From: Eledone cirrhosa
Taxonomy: Eukaryota
Direction: 5' to 3'
Length of the DNA: 64,000 nt
Assembly (NCBI GenBank): GCA_964016885.1
Contig: OZ024740.1
Span: forward strand, 93,372,001 to 93,436,000
The first letter of the stretch is position 1, and each line of letters begins with the position of its first letter. Under the pieces are notes generated by a model that searched no databases, was not told where the DNA came from, and worked only from the letters and a program-made list of their open reading frames with translations. Made by a program: the position numbers and the translations under genes. Of this stretch, positions 13,500 through 35,019 are shown one piece after another.

Positions 13500-15350
13500 G
13501 GTTCGCCCTGCCTACATGCCAACGTCATTTCGTCTGGTGGTCAAAAGGAATGGAATATCTGCCATTTGGCTGAAAAGAATGATTCAAGAAAATTGATGCA
13601 ACGTATTGTTAATATATAAACCAAAGAAAAAGGAAACAGTTATAAAATGAGTAATTGAAAATTTAAATCGGAACTACAAAGGAAAGTGATTGGGTTTTGT
13701 TTTAGTGGTGATGCAACAAAGACGTAAAACTAATGAAGCAAAAGCAATAAATCAATAGGGACAAAGACGAGCAGACTAGAATATGATTTATTATGAAAAT
13801 GCAGAAGTAAACGTGAAATGCTTAGGTAATATATGAGTGTAGGGATAGGATTCAATGCTATGGTAGACTGCTTAACCAACATCATATAAAAATGAAATAC
13901 CATGTACCCGTGATCACAGAGGAAATGATGAATGCACAGAGTTGATAACATCCGAATTAGAAAGGAGTTTTCGAAATGTATTTCAATGGTTTAAACAATT
14001 AAAAATCTTCCATGATGAAGTTAGCAGCAAAGCCCAAGGAAATGTTAATGAGTAAAATATCTATACCAAGTTGGATAACTTGTGTGATAACTAAGGATCC
14101 TGCAAAAAAGAATGTAGTTGACAACTTTCAGCCATTATTATGTCTTTGAGGTTTTTGGAAGCCAATAAGAATATTTAAACTGAAACAATATACTCATTAA
14201 TGGATGCTGAAAATATCCTGCCCGAGGGGAAAAAAATACACAGACGGAGGAGCAGATTTACTAATGATCACTGATTAACGACGATAAACAAACACTGTGA
14301 TATTGCAAGAGAATACATAAAATCTTGGCTACGACGAGCGTGGTTTCTCGTAAAGATTATGGCCTTGCTCATCACAGCTGCGCATGATGTGATTACGCAT
14401 ATAATGAACAGTATGGCAACATGTCAAATGCAATTGAGCTCTGTCAGGACAGTAATATGAGAGGTGAATATTAAAAGAGGAATATTTCAAGCAATATCCT
14501 ATCACTACATTTGTTCTTTGTATGTATGTTACCTCCTTTTTGCAGCCTGGAAAACCTGATATGTAATGTGATTACTGCAAGTGATAGCAGCTGATGTTCA
14601 AATATTTATTGTTAATGGATGGCTTATTGGGTATATGTCTTCATAATATATATAGACATGTAATATAGCATGAAGAAGCTTGGTATATTAGCAATAAATA
14701 GGAGTACCCTGATTGCACCAGACAAGACAGTGCTCCTCATTGGCAGATGATGAAAGACCCAGACGAAAATGTTTACAAGTATCTTGGGTTTGTGGAAATG
14801 GATTATGTAAAGGTGGTTGAGACGGAATATTCATTTGCAATTTAATAATACCCAAGCGGAAAACTGATATTGAAATCAACGTTCAATGAGTGGAACAATA
14901 TATCAGTCAAAAATACATGAACACAATGTGATCAAAAGAAAAGAAAGGAAACGGTAGAAATATTGAAAAGATGGCAATGTTGGGAACAATAAATGCAAAT
15001 ATTGATGTAGAGAAATGGTACAGTGCATGCAAAAATGGGGATAAGGGAATATAACAGGTGTTCATTGTATACGAATTGAGGAAAATCGAATGTGTATATT
15101 AAAAAGCGATGAATAGGTTATTACTGGTATGGGGGAAGACGGTATGATAGTCCTCAAAAACTCTTAGACCAAAAGATATAGAGACAGCGGATGGAAATCG
15201 ACAGGTCAAGAATATGGAAAGAAAAAACCTGTTTTATGGCCAATTTATTCGAGATGTTCGAAAAGATCAAAATAATGAAAGAATAGACAGCCGGTAAGCT
15301 GATATCAGGCTAGAAATCAGGAAAGGAAACATTCATCAGTGCATCACATA
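13500..15350 (+). mobile_element. Highly decayed R4/Dong-like non-LTR retrotransposon RT fragment
   Basis: Frameshifted remnants in expected order: LPE..K..RR (14218), KRGIFQ..LS (14474), YKYLG (14774), A.IDVEKWY....GDKG (14995), WKEK..YGQF (15214). Boundaries approximate. Confidence 0.65.
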
Positions 15351-15414
15351 TTTAAAGTAATACCTATTCGTCATTGTCAAAATCATTGTCGCCTTTTCAC
15401 GATGCCCTTGACTT

Positions 15415-15541
15415 GCCATTCTTAGTTCAAATCCCGCCGAGGTTAACTTTGCCTTTCATCCTTACGGGGTCGATAAAATAAAGTACCAGTAATACACTGG
15501 TGTATTTGCTGGCCTTGTGCCTAACGTACAAACAATTATTA
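15415..15541 (+). mobile_element. tRNA-derived octopod-type SINE, 5'-truncated
   Basis: gttcaaatcccgccgaggttaactttgcctttcatccttacggggtcgataaaataaagtaccagt...ggccttgtgcc...aaacaattatt. Confidence 0.9.
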
Positions 15542-16906
15542 CAGTTCTAGCTACTCAATTGTTTGATAACACGCATGCTTTGTATTCAGTTGTTTTTACA
15601 TGTATCTAACTAATTTATTTACCACCATTCTGAAACTGTAGATGTCACTATTTGAAGTTTAAAAGAATTACAAGTAATGGACAAATTTAGAAATATATAA
15701 CTTCAAGGGATTTTCTGCTCCGTTTCTATTAACAGATATCTAGCGATATTTCTGGGGCACGTCACGGTGCAGTAGTTATATTCCTATTGCGATATACTAG
15801 AATTAGAATGAACGTTTAACCAGTGAAAGCCTAAAGAGATAAGCTATTAAATTCACACACAGATTAATATGTTTACACAACTTGAGCATGATCAAACACG
15901 TTTTATGAATATTTTTAAAGTTAAAGACTCGTTAAATAATAACTAAATGTAACATAAAATAATCGTTAACACGCGTTTTTATGTTTGTTCATTAGAGTAA
16001 ATTTTTGCAAAGTTATAAACATGAAAAATAAAGAAATAAAACATTGTAAAGTTAATAATGAATTTGAAACAACAAATCATTATGATGTTGCCAGAACTCA
16101 AATAAATGTAGCGAAATTTCTGATAACTATTAATATTATTATTTCTTTTTTTTTATTTTTCTTTCGCTGATTTATTTCTTGTTAATACTAAACAGTGTTT
16201 TTTTAAAATATTGTTTTAGTGATAAATGTTAACTGAAACCATAATAACATTCTATGATGAGACTTATGAAAGTAATATCATGGACTTGAAATAATGTTTC
16301 CTCCTAAAGAGTTATATTTCCCTTTAGTATTGATTTTTTTATAGGAGTTTTTCTGTTGGTCTTTACTCATGTTTCGTGCATGCTTCATTTACACAAAAGC
16401 AATGCTGCAACGTCTTAACCTTGTTGAATGCCATGGAAATATCGGTTCCAAAGGAGGCTACATCGTCTCAAATATTTGAGTAAAAAATTAGATTTAAGAA
16501 AACCTAAAGTGAAAATCTTCCAGTTAAATTGTGCAGCATTGTAATGTTCAATTCTATGTGGAAATACATTATTGATATTATTAAAATGAATATTCCAAAT
16601 TTCAAGATTAGAAAAGAAAAATACCCAACTCACAGGGCAATTACGAAATATCAAACGTAATTATAAATAAATAAAATATATTGTTATCTATATGAAAATA
16701 ATACATCGAATATGCTAAATGTAATTCAAATCAGGACCTCGCATGATACGCCATATGCAAGAGCCTGTAAATTGGTACGATTATTCAGTAAAATAAGGAA
16801 TACTATCGAAGGGTGAGATAATATGAATTAGTATAAGACATTAGAGTATTTCAAACATATAAAAGAACAAAGTATATCAGGCTTAAATTTCGCATTGCAT
16901 TATATT

Positions 16907-17087
16907 TTGGCAGTATTGGTAGAGAGTCGGACGCCATGCTTTGAAGCATAGAGTTACGTCCCTTTATGATTTGTGTTCAAATCCCGCCAAGGTTAACTTT
17001 GCCTTTCATCCTTACGGGGTCGATCAAATAAGTACCAGTAATGTACTGGGTAATTTCTGGCCTTGTGTCAAAAGTAGAAACAATTAT
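16907..17087 (+). mobile_element. tRNA-derived octopod-type SINE
   Basis: Full family consensus including A-box-like tggcagtattggtag and B-box gttcaaatcc. Confidence 0.9.
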
Positions 17088-17501
17088 ATTTTTTATGAAG
17101 TGAATAAATCGAGGAGATTTCGATATGACACGCAATTAATTAAAATGTTGTGACATGCATTTCCATGTCCATTGAAATTAGTATATTGCCTTTCCCGAGG
17201 TGGAGGTAATATAACAACAGCTGAGGTGTAAAAGGTAATTAACTTACCTCGCTTTTATTACTAACATATAGAGATATTTGAGAATGGAAGATTAATCTTT
17301 ACTCTACCTTTCAATTATGATGATTATAATTATTCAGTAAACGTCAATATATTGTAGAAGTGTACACTATACTCTTATATTGTCATGTTCATCCATTTCG
17401 TCAGTGTTGGTGCAGTTCTATATATATATATATTATGTAATGGAAATAATAATACAAATTTAAAATAATCAATGATATACATTCCATCTTAATGAATAAG
17501 C

Positions 17502-17678
17502 GTTTCTACGATTGGCACAAGGCCAGTAAATACCCAGTGTATTACTGGTACTTTATTTTAACGATCCCGTAAGAATGAAAGGCAAATTTAACCTCGATGG
17601 ATTTGAACTGAGAATAGCAAGGGGTGTAAATCTATGCGTCAAAGCATGGCCACCGACCCTCTATCGATACTGCCAATC
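17502..17678 (-). mobile_element. tRNA-derived octopod-type SINE
   Basis: Reverse complement of the family consensus. Confidence 0.88.
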
Positions 17679-18244
17679 TACATTAATAATATCACTTATA
17701 ATATAATTCGGAGACGCTTATAAATACGTATGTAGAACTATTTAAAAAAAGGCTGAGAATTGACCATAGGATAGATCACAGTAAATTACTTTAAGAAATA
17801 CAACTTTTTGAGTTTGTCACCCTAGGGGTAAACGTTTTCTGAAGCAACAACATTCTAGATGGTTTAAAAAATGTTCCAACTTAGTGCAGTTTCAAGAGCT
17901 AAAATAAATAAATTTGTTATCTCAATCAATTAAGATACTTATTTATTCTAGAACCTGCTGGATCATCAGAGAAAATTCCTTTTCCATAGAAAGTGACATG
18001 AGATATATTACCAGTTGCTAGACCCCATGTATGACTGAAAGGATACGAGGATGATGCAAATTAATAAACGCATGTACAGCATTATCAACATCGTAAAGGT
18101 TTGTACAATATAGTCTTGTTGACAATTTGATTTACTAGAAATAGCAGTCACTTTGTTAGAGATATTAAAGTCTGTCACTTTATGCAAGTTATTGATTATT
18201 GGAATTGATTCATGAATTTTGGGAATGAAATATAATATCATAAC

Positions 18245-18301
<57 letters not shown>

Positions 18302-18930
18302 TACTATTGGGTGTTTGTTGGGTTTCATACATGAAAACCTATATCAAACAAGGGTAGTGGTTGCTTGTAATGAGTACTGCAGGCAGTGACCATAAACAGT
18401 GTACAATATTTTAGATGATAATCATTTTCATTTAATAAAAAGGTACTAATCTAATGCGTTGTGGCTTCTTTCAAGTAGAGAAAATTATACAAGGTCGTTA
18501 ATAATCAAATACTTTGTATTTCATGTGTTTTGTGAAATCGCCTTACCTAGGAGTGATGAAGTGATGTCTATCTCTGAATATGAAGTGTAATACCTGACAT
18601 GCATATTGTCAAATCAGAATAACTATTACAATAGAAGATCCGGGAATCGGAAATGTTATTTTCGAATGCTGCTAAGAGACATATACGCGTGGGGGGCAGG
18701 AAGTTTCGATATATTTAATGTTTCTAGCTGTATTTCCTTATGTCAGCAATAGAAATTGAAGATTTGCATATATGTATTCAATTTTAAAGAATAGTGTTCC
18801 GTTCCTCATATTTTCGTTTTACCAAAGTCATACTTCTCTTTGTATTCAGTTAATGACACCTTCATGGTTCCATAGAGACATGAGTACAGAAATATAGTGT
18901 AGAATTATAGTAGTTTAATACATTTATATG

Positions 18931-19045
<115 letters not shown>

Positions 19046-19425
19046 ATGTGTGTGTGTGTGTATGCAATAACAACAAATAAAATCAGAGTCGTATTGATAT
19101 CGCAACAATAGTGTCATTTAAATCATGGAATAGTTTTTCTCTATTCATTTATTTCCCCAGAAAGTGGAAAAGCGTATGAGGATTACACACTTCGACAGCT
19201 TTATTTAATTAAATTCACAGCGATGTTTAGTTTTCGAAATCTAATATGACCAATATGAGGCAATTTTAAAAAGCAGAAGATCGTAAATTATAGAATGTTG
19301 CTAATGCAAGTACGACCACAAAAGGGAAGAGACATACACACACACGCATGCAAATACATACACACATACATACTTACATACATACACACGCACACATATT
19401 TTATATATATATATGCATATATATT

Positions 19426-19514
<89 letters not shown>

Positions 19515-19554
19515 TTTATATATATATATATATATGTATATATAAATATATATA

Positions 19555-19760
19555 GTAATAATAATAAATTTGAAGACTAAAATCCAAAGAGGGCTCGATA
19601 AGGATAAATATATATCAAATATATAAGAACCGTAGAGCAAATATTTATTTATTAAATAACAGATTAAAGTTTAAGCACAGAATCGTGGCTTTCACCCTTA
19701 ACGGGATCTTCTGAAACTAACAAAGTCAATCTGTAAACGCAGAAGACGGATATCTAAAAA
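19555..19760 (-). mobile_element. Solo pseudo-LTR 3' fragment of the PLE-2 family, with HHR-like motif at 19660-19733
   Basis: Reverse complement of 61420-61600; shorter copies at 9762-9820, 10945-10990 and 63636-63706, all next to (TA)n. Confidence 0.85.
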
Positions 19761-19797
19761 AACGTTATATGTATACATATACATAAACTAGACAGAG

Positions 19798-19851
<54 letters not shown>

Positions 19852-20559
19852 GTGTGTGTTTTGGCAACCATTCGCGGTGTGGCTCAATGACGAATTAATT
19901 AATTAAATAATCAACAATCAGAGCAATATATAAGTAAGTCCATAGAATCATTTGATAAAATATATACCATATTTCTCCTCCCAACCAGCTTAATTGACCA
20001 CACAAAAAATCAATTAAACGAGGCTATAAGTTTAAAATGTACTTATGAAGAAACAATAGATAAATAAATGATAGCTATTTTATCCGCGATCAACAGCAAC
20101 AGAAGATTTACCTAGTATTTCTAATAGCCCGTAGAAATTGATTAGACATATAGCCAACCATACACATTTAGGTACATAATCAAAGTTAGAAGAAAACATG
20201 TACATACATGTACATATACTCCCGTATGGACGAGTAAACTTGTAGGCAGTATTCGGCTGCTGTGTGTTGGTTCTATGAATATGACAACTCCTTTAAACAG
20301 GAATAATTAATGTTATTAACAGTCTGGCCAACTATCTAAATATATAACACTCAACAATAACAATATAGATGTTATTCAATTCAAATATTAATAAATCATC
20401 GAATATATTACATATTTGAAAATTAGGCTCAGTTACCGTATGAATCTGTTCAACCCTCTGTGATCTTGGAATCGAAGACACTGCCTCATAATTTATTCTC
20501 ATTTTCTCATTAGTCCAACATTTTGGGTTGTGGTGGAAGAGGGAATTATATTAAATAGA

Positions 20560-20708
20560 CCCAAGTTCGTTACTCGTACTTTATTTTATCGATTTCGTAA
20601 GAATGAAATGTTATGCTAACCTCCGCAGGACTTGAACTCAGAACATAAATATTTGTAACTATATGCTGCAAAGAGTCTCCAACCCTCTACCGACACTGAC
20701 AATCCATC
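20560..20708 (-). mobile_element. Degenerate octopod-type SINE
   Basis: gtactttattttatcga..cgtaagaatgaaa..ttgaactcag..ccctctaccga. Confidence 0.7.
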
Positions 20709-21163
20709 ACTACATTTCTTGCTAATAAAACATTGGTAGTTTCCTACAGCTCCAAATGCCCTCTATTCTTGCGGATGAAACTATGTAGAGGTTACCAATG
20801 CTTAATCCTAAAGTCGGAATTGCATCCTAGTGGATGCTAACATTTAATCGCCGTTAAGTGAACAAAACATCATTCCGACCAGTTGTTAAGATTCGATAAT
20901 TCTACTTTTCTGTAAGCAGTGTTGCCATGTCCTCAGCCACATAATTATTCGGCAATAGCGGTTAAGTATACATTAAACAAAAAAAAGGTAAACTGCATTG
21001 AATGTATCGAAATATATTACTCTCTACAATATACTGTATGTCTAATCGTATATATAGAGTATTAACCCAACACAATCGTTTATTGCGTGTGACAGTCAAC
21101 TACTCTTATACACACAAACACACACACGTACATATATATATATGAGTGTGTGTGTGTGTGTGT

Positions 21164-21211
<48 letters not shown>

Positions 21212-21514
21212 GTGTGTGCGTTTGTATGTGTGAGTGGGCGTGTGTTTTTGTCTGTGTACGTGCATGCGATCACACTTATATAAATGCGTAGCTTAGATAC
21301 TGGCCATGCAACGAATATATTTTCCAAGCAAGTGTCACTCTTCGAATGGCATTACTGATGATGAATATATCAGCCGTTAATATTTCGTTGCCCATTAATA
21401 ATTGAAGCAGACAAATGACACAATTACTTTTCCAGCAGGACGATTTATAGCTTTTTATAGCTTATGGAAAATCGAATTAGATTACATACGCACCCCCCCC
21501 CACACACACACACT

Positions 21515-21545
<31 letters not shown>

Positions 21546-22719
21546 GCGTGTGTGTGTGTATATGTGGGTGCGTGTGTTTGTGTTAGTGTGTAGCGTGTGT
21601 TTCAATAGAATTCTATGTTAAGATATTTACCATGTATTTACTTACGAATATAATATTTACTTCTTATAATAATACATGAAACTACGAGTTGCGAATATGT
21701 ATATATAGAAGTATCACCTTCTGTCCATTTTACAATGCTGTATACTTTGGTCGGTTACTATAATGCAATGTTTTCAGTCCTCTACTAAAATTACAATTAG
21801 CCTAATACTTGTTTCTGTTCAATTGTAAAAGGCCTGAAAATTGATGCTTTATAAATGAAGCACTATTTATATTAGAAATGATAACTGTTATGAATGAATG
21901 AACAGGTAGTCCCTTAACCAACGTTCAGTAGGAGAATGTACATGATGATACATTGATTAATATGCAATATATTCTGGAATATGTGCAAATCCATAATTGA
22001 AATCGTAGTGTTAGCTCCAAAGAGTAAAATCTTAGAATGATATCATGTTCAAGCAAGTTGAACAAAGGAAAAATAAACGTGGAAATTAATGAATTGTTTA
22101 AATCGCATAATACTGTTCTGCTGAATATACGTCTGTGTACAGAGAGACATTAAGGTCTCGGAAAATATATGTAGGTGACTGAGGTGAAAAGATTAACCCT
22201 GGAGTATACATCATAATAAATAATCAATGGTTGCATTCGAGTTATAATAGTAGACACCGATTATATATATATTTTAGTGAGAGCCAGAGATAATGAGAGA
22301 TAAATGTGTGTGTGTGCGTGTGTCTCTGTGCATGTTAGTTCATTTTGGATACTTGTAAGGTGCAAGACAGTTAACGCAGCAAAAATATGAATGCACATAT
22401 AGGCGCTCATTTTAATTGTTTATTAATTGCCCCCTTATGGAGATGATAGATTTATTTTATTTGATCAGAGAGGATTTTAGGAGAAATTGTGTTGGCTATT
22501 GTTTCATTGTGAAGCCACGATAAACGAGGATGTAGTTAGCAGGGTGTGGAGAATGAAATATGAGCCTTGGCTAAAAATAATTGATCTATATGTAAGAAAT
22601 CGATGATTTGGATGATGAAATTAAGTAGAGGAGTAAAAGGATGAGTTGTCGTAAGATTAACGTATCTGCGATTTAAAAAGAGTTAATTGTAAATGTGAAA
22701 ACTTTACAAGGTATGTAAA

Positions 22720-22899
22720 TTAATTGTTTCTACTTTAGGCACAAGGCCAGCAATTAGCCAGTGCATTACTGGTACTTTATTTTATCGACTCCGTAAGGAT
22801 GAAAGGCAAAGTCAACCTCGGCGGGATTTGAACTTAGATCGTAAAGGGACGTAACTATGCTGGAAAGCATGGCGTCCGACCCTCTACTGATACTGCCAA
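22720..22899 (-). mobile_element. tRNA-derived octopod-type SINE
   Basis: Reverse complement of the family consensus. Confidence 0.9.
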
Positions 22900-25384
22900 G
22901 GTATATAAATTAATGTAATAAAAAAAATCAACAAATTTTACTCCATATCAATTCAGTAATGTTATGCTTTCTCTATCGGTGATGACCAAGAATTTTAAAT
23001 ATATTCCGTGAGCTGTGCCACTATATCTCGCCGTTTAAGAAGGGAATGGCTTTTGACGCACAATTAAATATTAGACTCCTTTCAGGAATATGAAATTAAT
23101 TTTCTGATTCAGGTCAGGTCTTCTATCTTCACAAAACTCTAATTAATCTCGCAAACAATCGTTATTTCTTTTACAGTTAATAACTAACTAAAGTGTTTTG
23201 ATGTACACAAAAGCTGAGAGCAGGTAGTGTGAAATAAATTGATATAAAAATAAATAATCACAGTATATTTTCGTATTGCTGTGTGATCATTCTTCTTTTT
23301 ATATAAATGTGTGTCTCTTTTGTACAATTCATTGTGACATATTTGGCCTTTACGCGTATAATTTGTTATCAGTGTATAGTATGAAAGGGTTGTAATATAA
23401 TATATGTTTCAATTACTTATGTTGGATATATTCAATATGAGACGTGTATTTAACTGTATGAAACATTCTAATCTATAAACTTGCACTGTGAACAGTACTG
23501 TCCTTCACTTATATACATAGAAATATATACAGAGAAAAGAAATAATCGTCCAACATACTACTCAAAAACCTAAAATCATTCTAATAACTCTATATGTGTA
23601 AGTGTTATGCGGAAATAGATTTATGGTATATTTAGCATGATTTGAATTCTTCATATGCATTGCTGGCAATTTATGAATTCTTTATACACATTTTTGGCAA
23701 TTATGAATCATTCATTAAACACGTATTTGATAGAATACATTTCTCTGCCTTTAAGTGACACTTCTATAGCGTCGTGTATAGTGCTGACAGAAAATTGAAC
23801 TTTGAAACTTTAATGTTAGGAGAAAATCTATAACACAACGTGATTCATTCAAACCACTTTATATACCAGCAATATATACAATGTGCAACATGTATGAAGA
23901 GATATATTCCAAACAGGAGCTTCATTGAGAAATGCATCGTATCTGCAAATGGATTGTGGTTTTAATATTTTAAGGTTTTCCTGGCCAATCTTCATACATG
24001 GAAATATGTGCTGATTTATATACATGAGACAAAATCGCCGCATTGCATGAGGAAAGACACATAAAAGTATTTGGGGATGTGCGACAGTTTTATAGCACAT
24101 ATGCTCAATGTAAGTGATTTATTGTTTTTATAGTACAATGACGTCAATACATATCTCAATATCTGATATTAATGGTCTTACTTACATGTAAAATTCATTC
24201 GAAATATTTATCAAAAACCTTACTACTTGTGTCTGCTTATAGTAAAATTGATTCTCTTTGAGCAAATATGAAGTGAAATTTACCACATAAATTATTAACA
24301 GTGACAGGATTTGTGTCATTATCCTGTAGTATAGAACAGATTCAGTAAGACTTTTGAACAATATAATTTAGACTACTTAATTCTACTTAACTTTCTAGTG
24401 TATATAACTGTGCTTAATTCGAATTAGATATTTGCCTTCAAACGTTCAAGAAGCGAAATATACAAATAAAATATCTGCACATATTCAAAAAGAAAATGTA
24501 GCGACATTACTAAAAAGACACCCCATACAATTTTGTAATTAGCGTTCACTAGCCAAAGCATGCCTAGCTCTACGTGTGAGTTATACTAGGCAAGAAATAA
24601 TTTGTAATTTGTCGAGGACAAATTTATAACTACATGTGGGAAGTTTATTCAAAATGTATTTTAGATAGAACTAAAACAGCCATTTAGATTAAATAGTTAC
24701 AGTTGATTTTTTTTTGTAATAGGGATTTACGTGATGAGAGTATCATTGATTCATTTCAGATTACATCAGATACATCCACCATTTTTATTTAAATGTACTA
24801 TTTTAACAGAAATAATCTAATCTATATGGAGATCTGTGAGAGACTATGATTTATGTAGTCTTCTCATTGATTGTTGTTTACTATGCAGAATTGTACCTAA
24901 ATAAACAAAAAAAAAAATTGTAACGGATATAGTAGAAAAGTTGATGTTTGTGAAAATATTCGAAGCATTAGAATATTCAAGTTTAAATGAATGATCAGTT
25001 TAATAAGGAACGATTGCGAAATCAACAGCTATAGAATAAAATGGAAATAATATTGTTTAATATCAAGAGGAAGATTTTGAGATTCATATTCATGGTGGAA
25101 ACTAGAATTGGTATAGGTTATTCATTACATTAAGAGGAATAAAGCCTAATTGTACAATGTATATATTTCTGCATTATTTTGGTAATCTTGAAATATTGAT
25201 TGTGTTTTAAATTTGAGATTTTAGATATTTCCAATATATATATACGCACACACAAATGTACATAAAAGAACATGCAAACACTCAAACGTCAATGAATATA
25301 TATACATACACACACACACACACACATACACAGGCACACACACATACACACACACACACACACGCACACACACACACACGCACA

Positions 25385-25502
<118 letters not shown>

Positions 25503-25654
25503 TTGAGTATATGTTGGTTGTTTACCGACTCCTCAGTATTCAGATTTGAGCACTCGACGAAGAACGCAGGTTGGTTTGTTTACTCTCGGATTAATGTAAA
25601 ATAATTAAGTCAAATATGTAAATTGTGGCATCCTTTATTACAAATTATAGATAT

Positions 25655-25709
25655 ACTGCTATATACATTTCGGTGACACCCATCATTGGCTGTGACCTCT
25701 TCAGGCAGT
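25655..25709 (-). ncRNA. Type I hammerhead ribozyme, canonical core (family D)
   Basis: Minus strand: actgc-CTGAAGA-ggtcacagcc aatgat gggtgtcacc-GAAA-tgtata-TA-gcagt. Confidence 0.82.
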
Positions 25710-25820
25710 CCAGTTCCTAAGAGAGATAACAACACTGCCAGTAGCTGGACACATCGATGGATTGACGGAGTAAAACACACTTCAACAACATGTGAACCTG
25801 TCCTTTCCACACCAATTTGG

Positions 25821-25875
25821 ACTGCCTGAAGAGGTCACAGCCTATGATGGCTGTCACCAAAATATATATAGCAGT
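25821..25875 (+). ncRNA. Type I hammerhead ribozyme with G12A mutation (family D), probably inactive
   Basis: actgc-CTGAAGA-ggtcacagcc tatgat ggctgtcacc-AAAA-tatata-TA-gcagt. Confidence 0.72.
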
Positions 25876-25926
25876 ATATCTATAATTAGTAACATACGAA
25901 GCCAAATTTTACATATTTGACTTAAC

Positions 25927-26037
<111 letters not shown>

Positions 26038-26078
26038 AAGAGAGAAAGTGAGAGAGAGAGAGAGAGTGAGAGAGAGAG

Positions 26079-30100
<4,022 letters not shown>

Positions 30101-30565
30101 AGGAGCTTTCTGTATATTTTTTTACTAAATAAATTCTAGCTTGTTAGTGGGGTTTAGAACAATCTTAAATATGGAAAAAAATGGGTTTATGGGTTTAACT
30201 TCTTAAAATAAGGTGAATTCTTGTATTTCTAAATTCAAACGGGGTTGCTGTTGCAAAACATATTCATTTGTCAAATCTCCTTATAATATATATCCACCAA
30301 TTCCTCTGTCTGTCTGTCCGGCAGTGCAAACACGTGCGCGCGTGGTTGCTATCTCTCTCTCCAGCTATCCCAATCTTTTAGTCTGTCTGTTTCTCTCACT
30401 CTCATTCCTTCTCTTTGTAACACACTAACATTCCTCCCCTCTATGGCTGTGACGAATGGGGAGATGGAGGAGGAGGAGGAGGAGGAGGAGGTGAGAGTCA
30501 CTTCGTCACTTCACCTGTGTCTTTCTTTCTCTCCCTTCTCACCCCTCATTACGTACAGACATTAG

Positions 30566-30758
30566 GGCGGTGTATTGGCAGAATCTGTAGATAGTCGGAC
30601 ACCATGCTTCATAGCATGGAGTTACGTCCCTTTACGGCCTGAGTTCAAATAGCGCCGAGGTGAACTTTGCCTTTCATCCTCACGGGGTTGATAAAATAAA
30701 GTACCAGTAATGTACTGTGTAATTGCTGGCCTTGTGCCAAAAATAGAAACAATTATTA
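30566..30758 (+). mobile_element. tRNA-derived octopod-type SINE
   Basis: Full family consensus. Confidence 0.88.
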
Positions 30759-31050
30759 GAAACATTGCTTCATTTTTACATATCTAAGCACTAGCAGTAA
30801 AGCCCGGCGTTGCTCGGGGTCGCTCAGTAGCTGTCTTAAAGTTACAATGTTAAGTTTCTTTTTTGGCTTAAAAACTGTAATGTCTACTGTGCAGACTTGC
30901 ATGTGGTGTTTTTGATTAATATTCCCTCAACCAACAATATGCCTTATGAAGTTAAGAAAACATAACGATAACCCGAATGTTATAACAAAAGAGGATGCTG
31001 GGGATAAAAACTGCACTGGTTATTTATTAACAAAGATCGAAAATGTAAAC

Positions 31051-35019
<3,969 letters not shown>

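Noticed and set aside
21350-21410. CTGATGA followed by a weak hairpin
   Set aside because: No GAAA, helix III or helix I partner; not an HHR.
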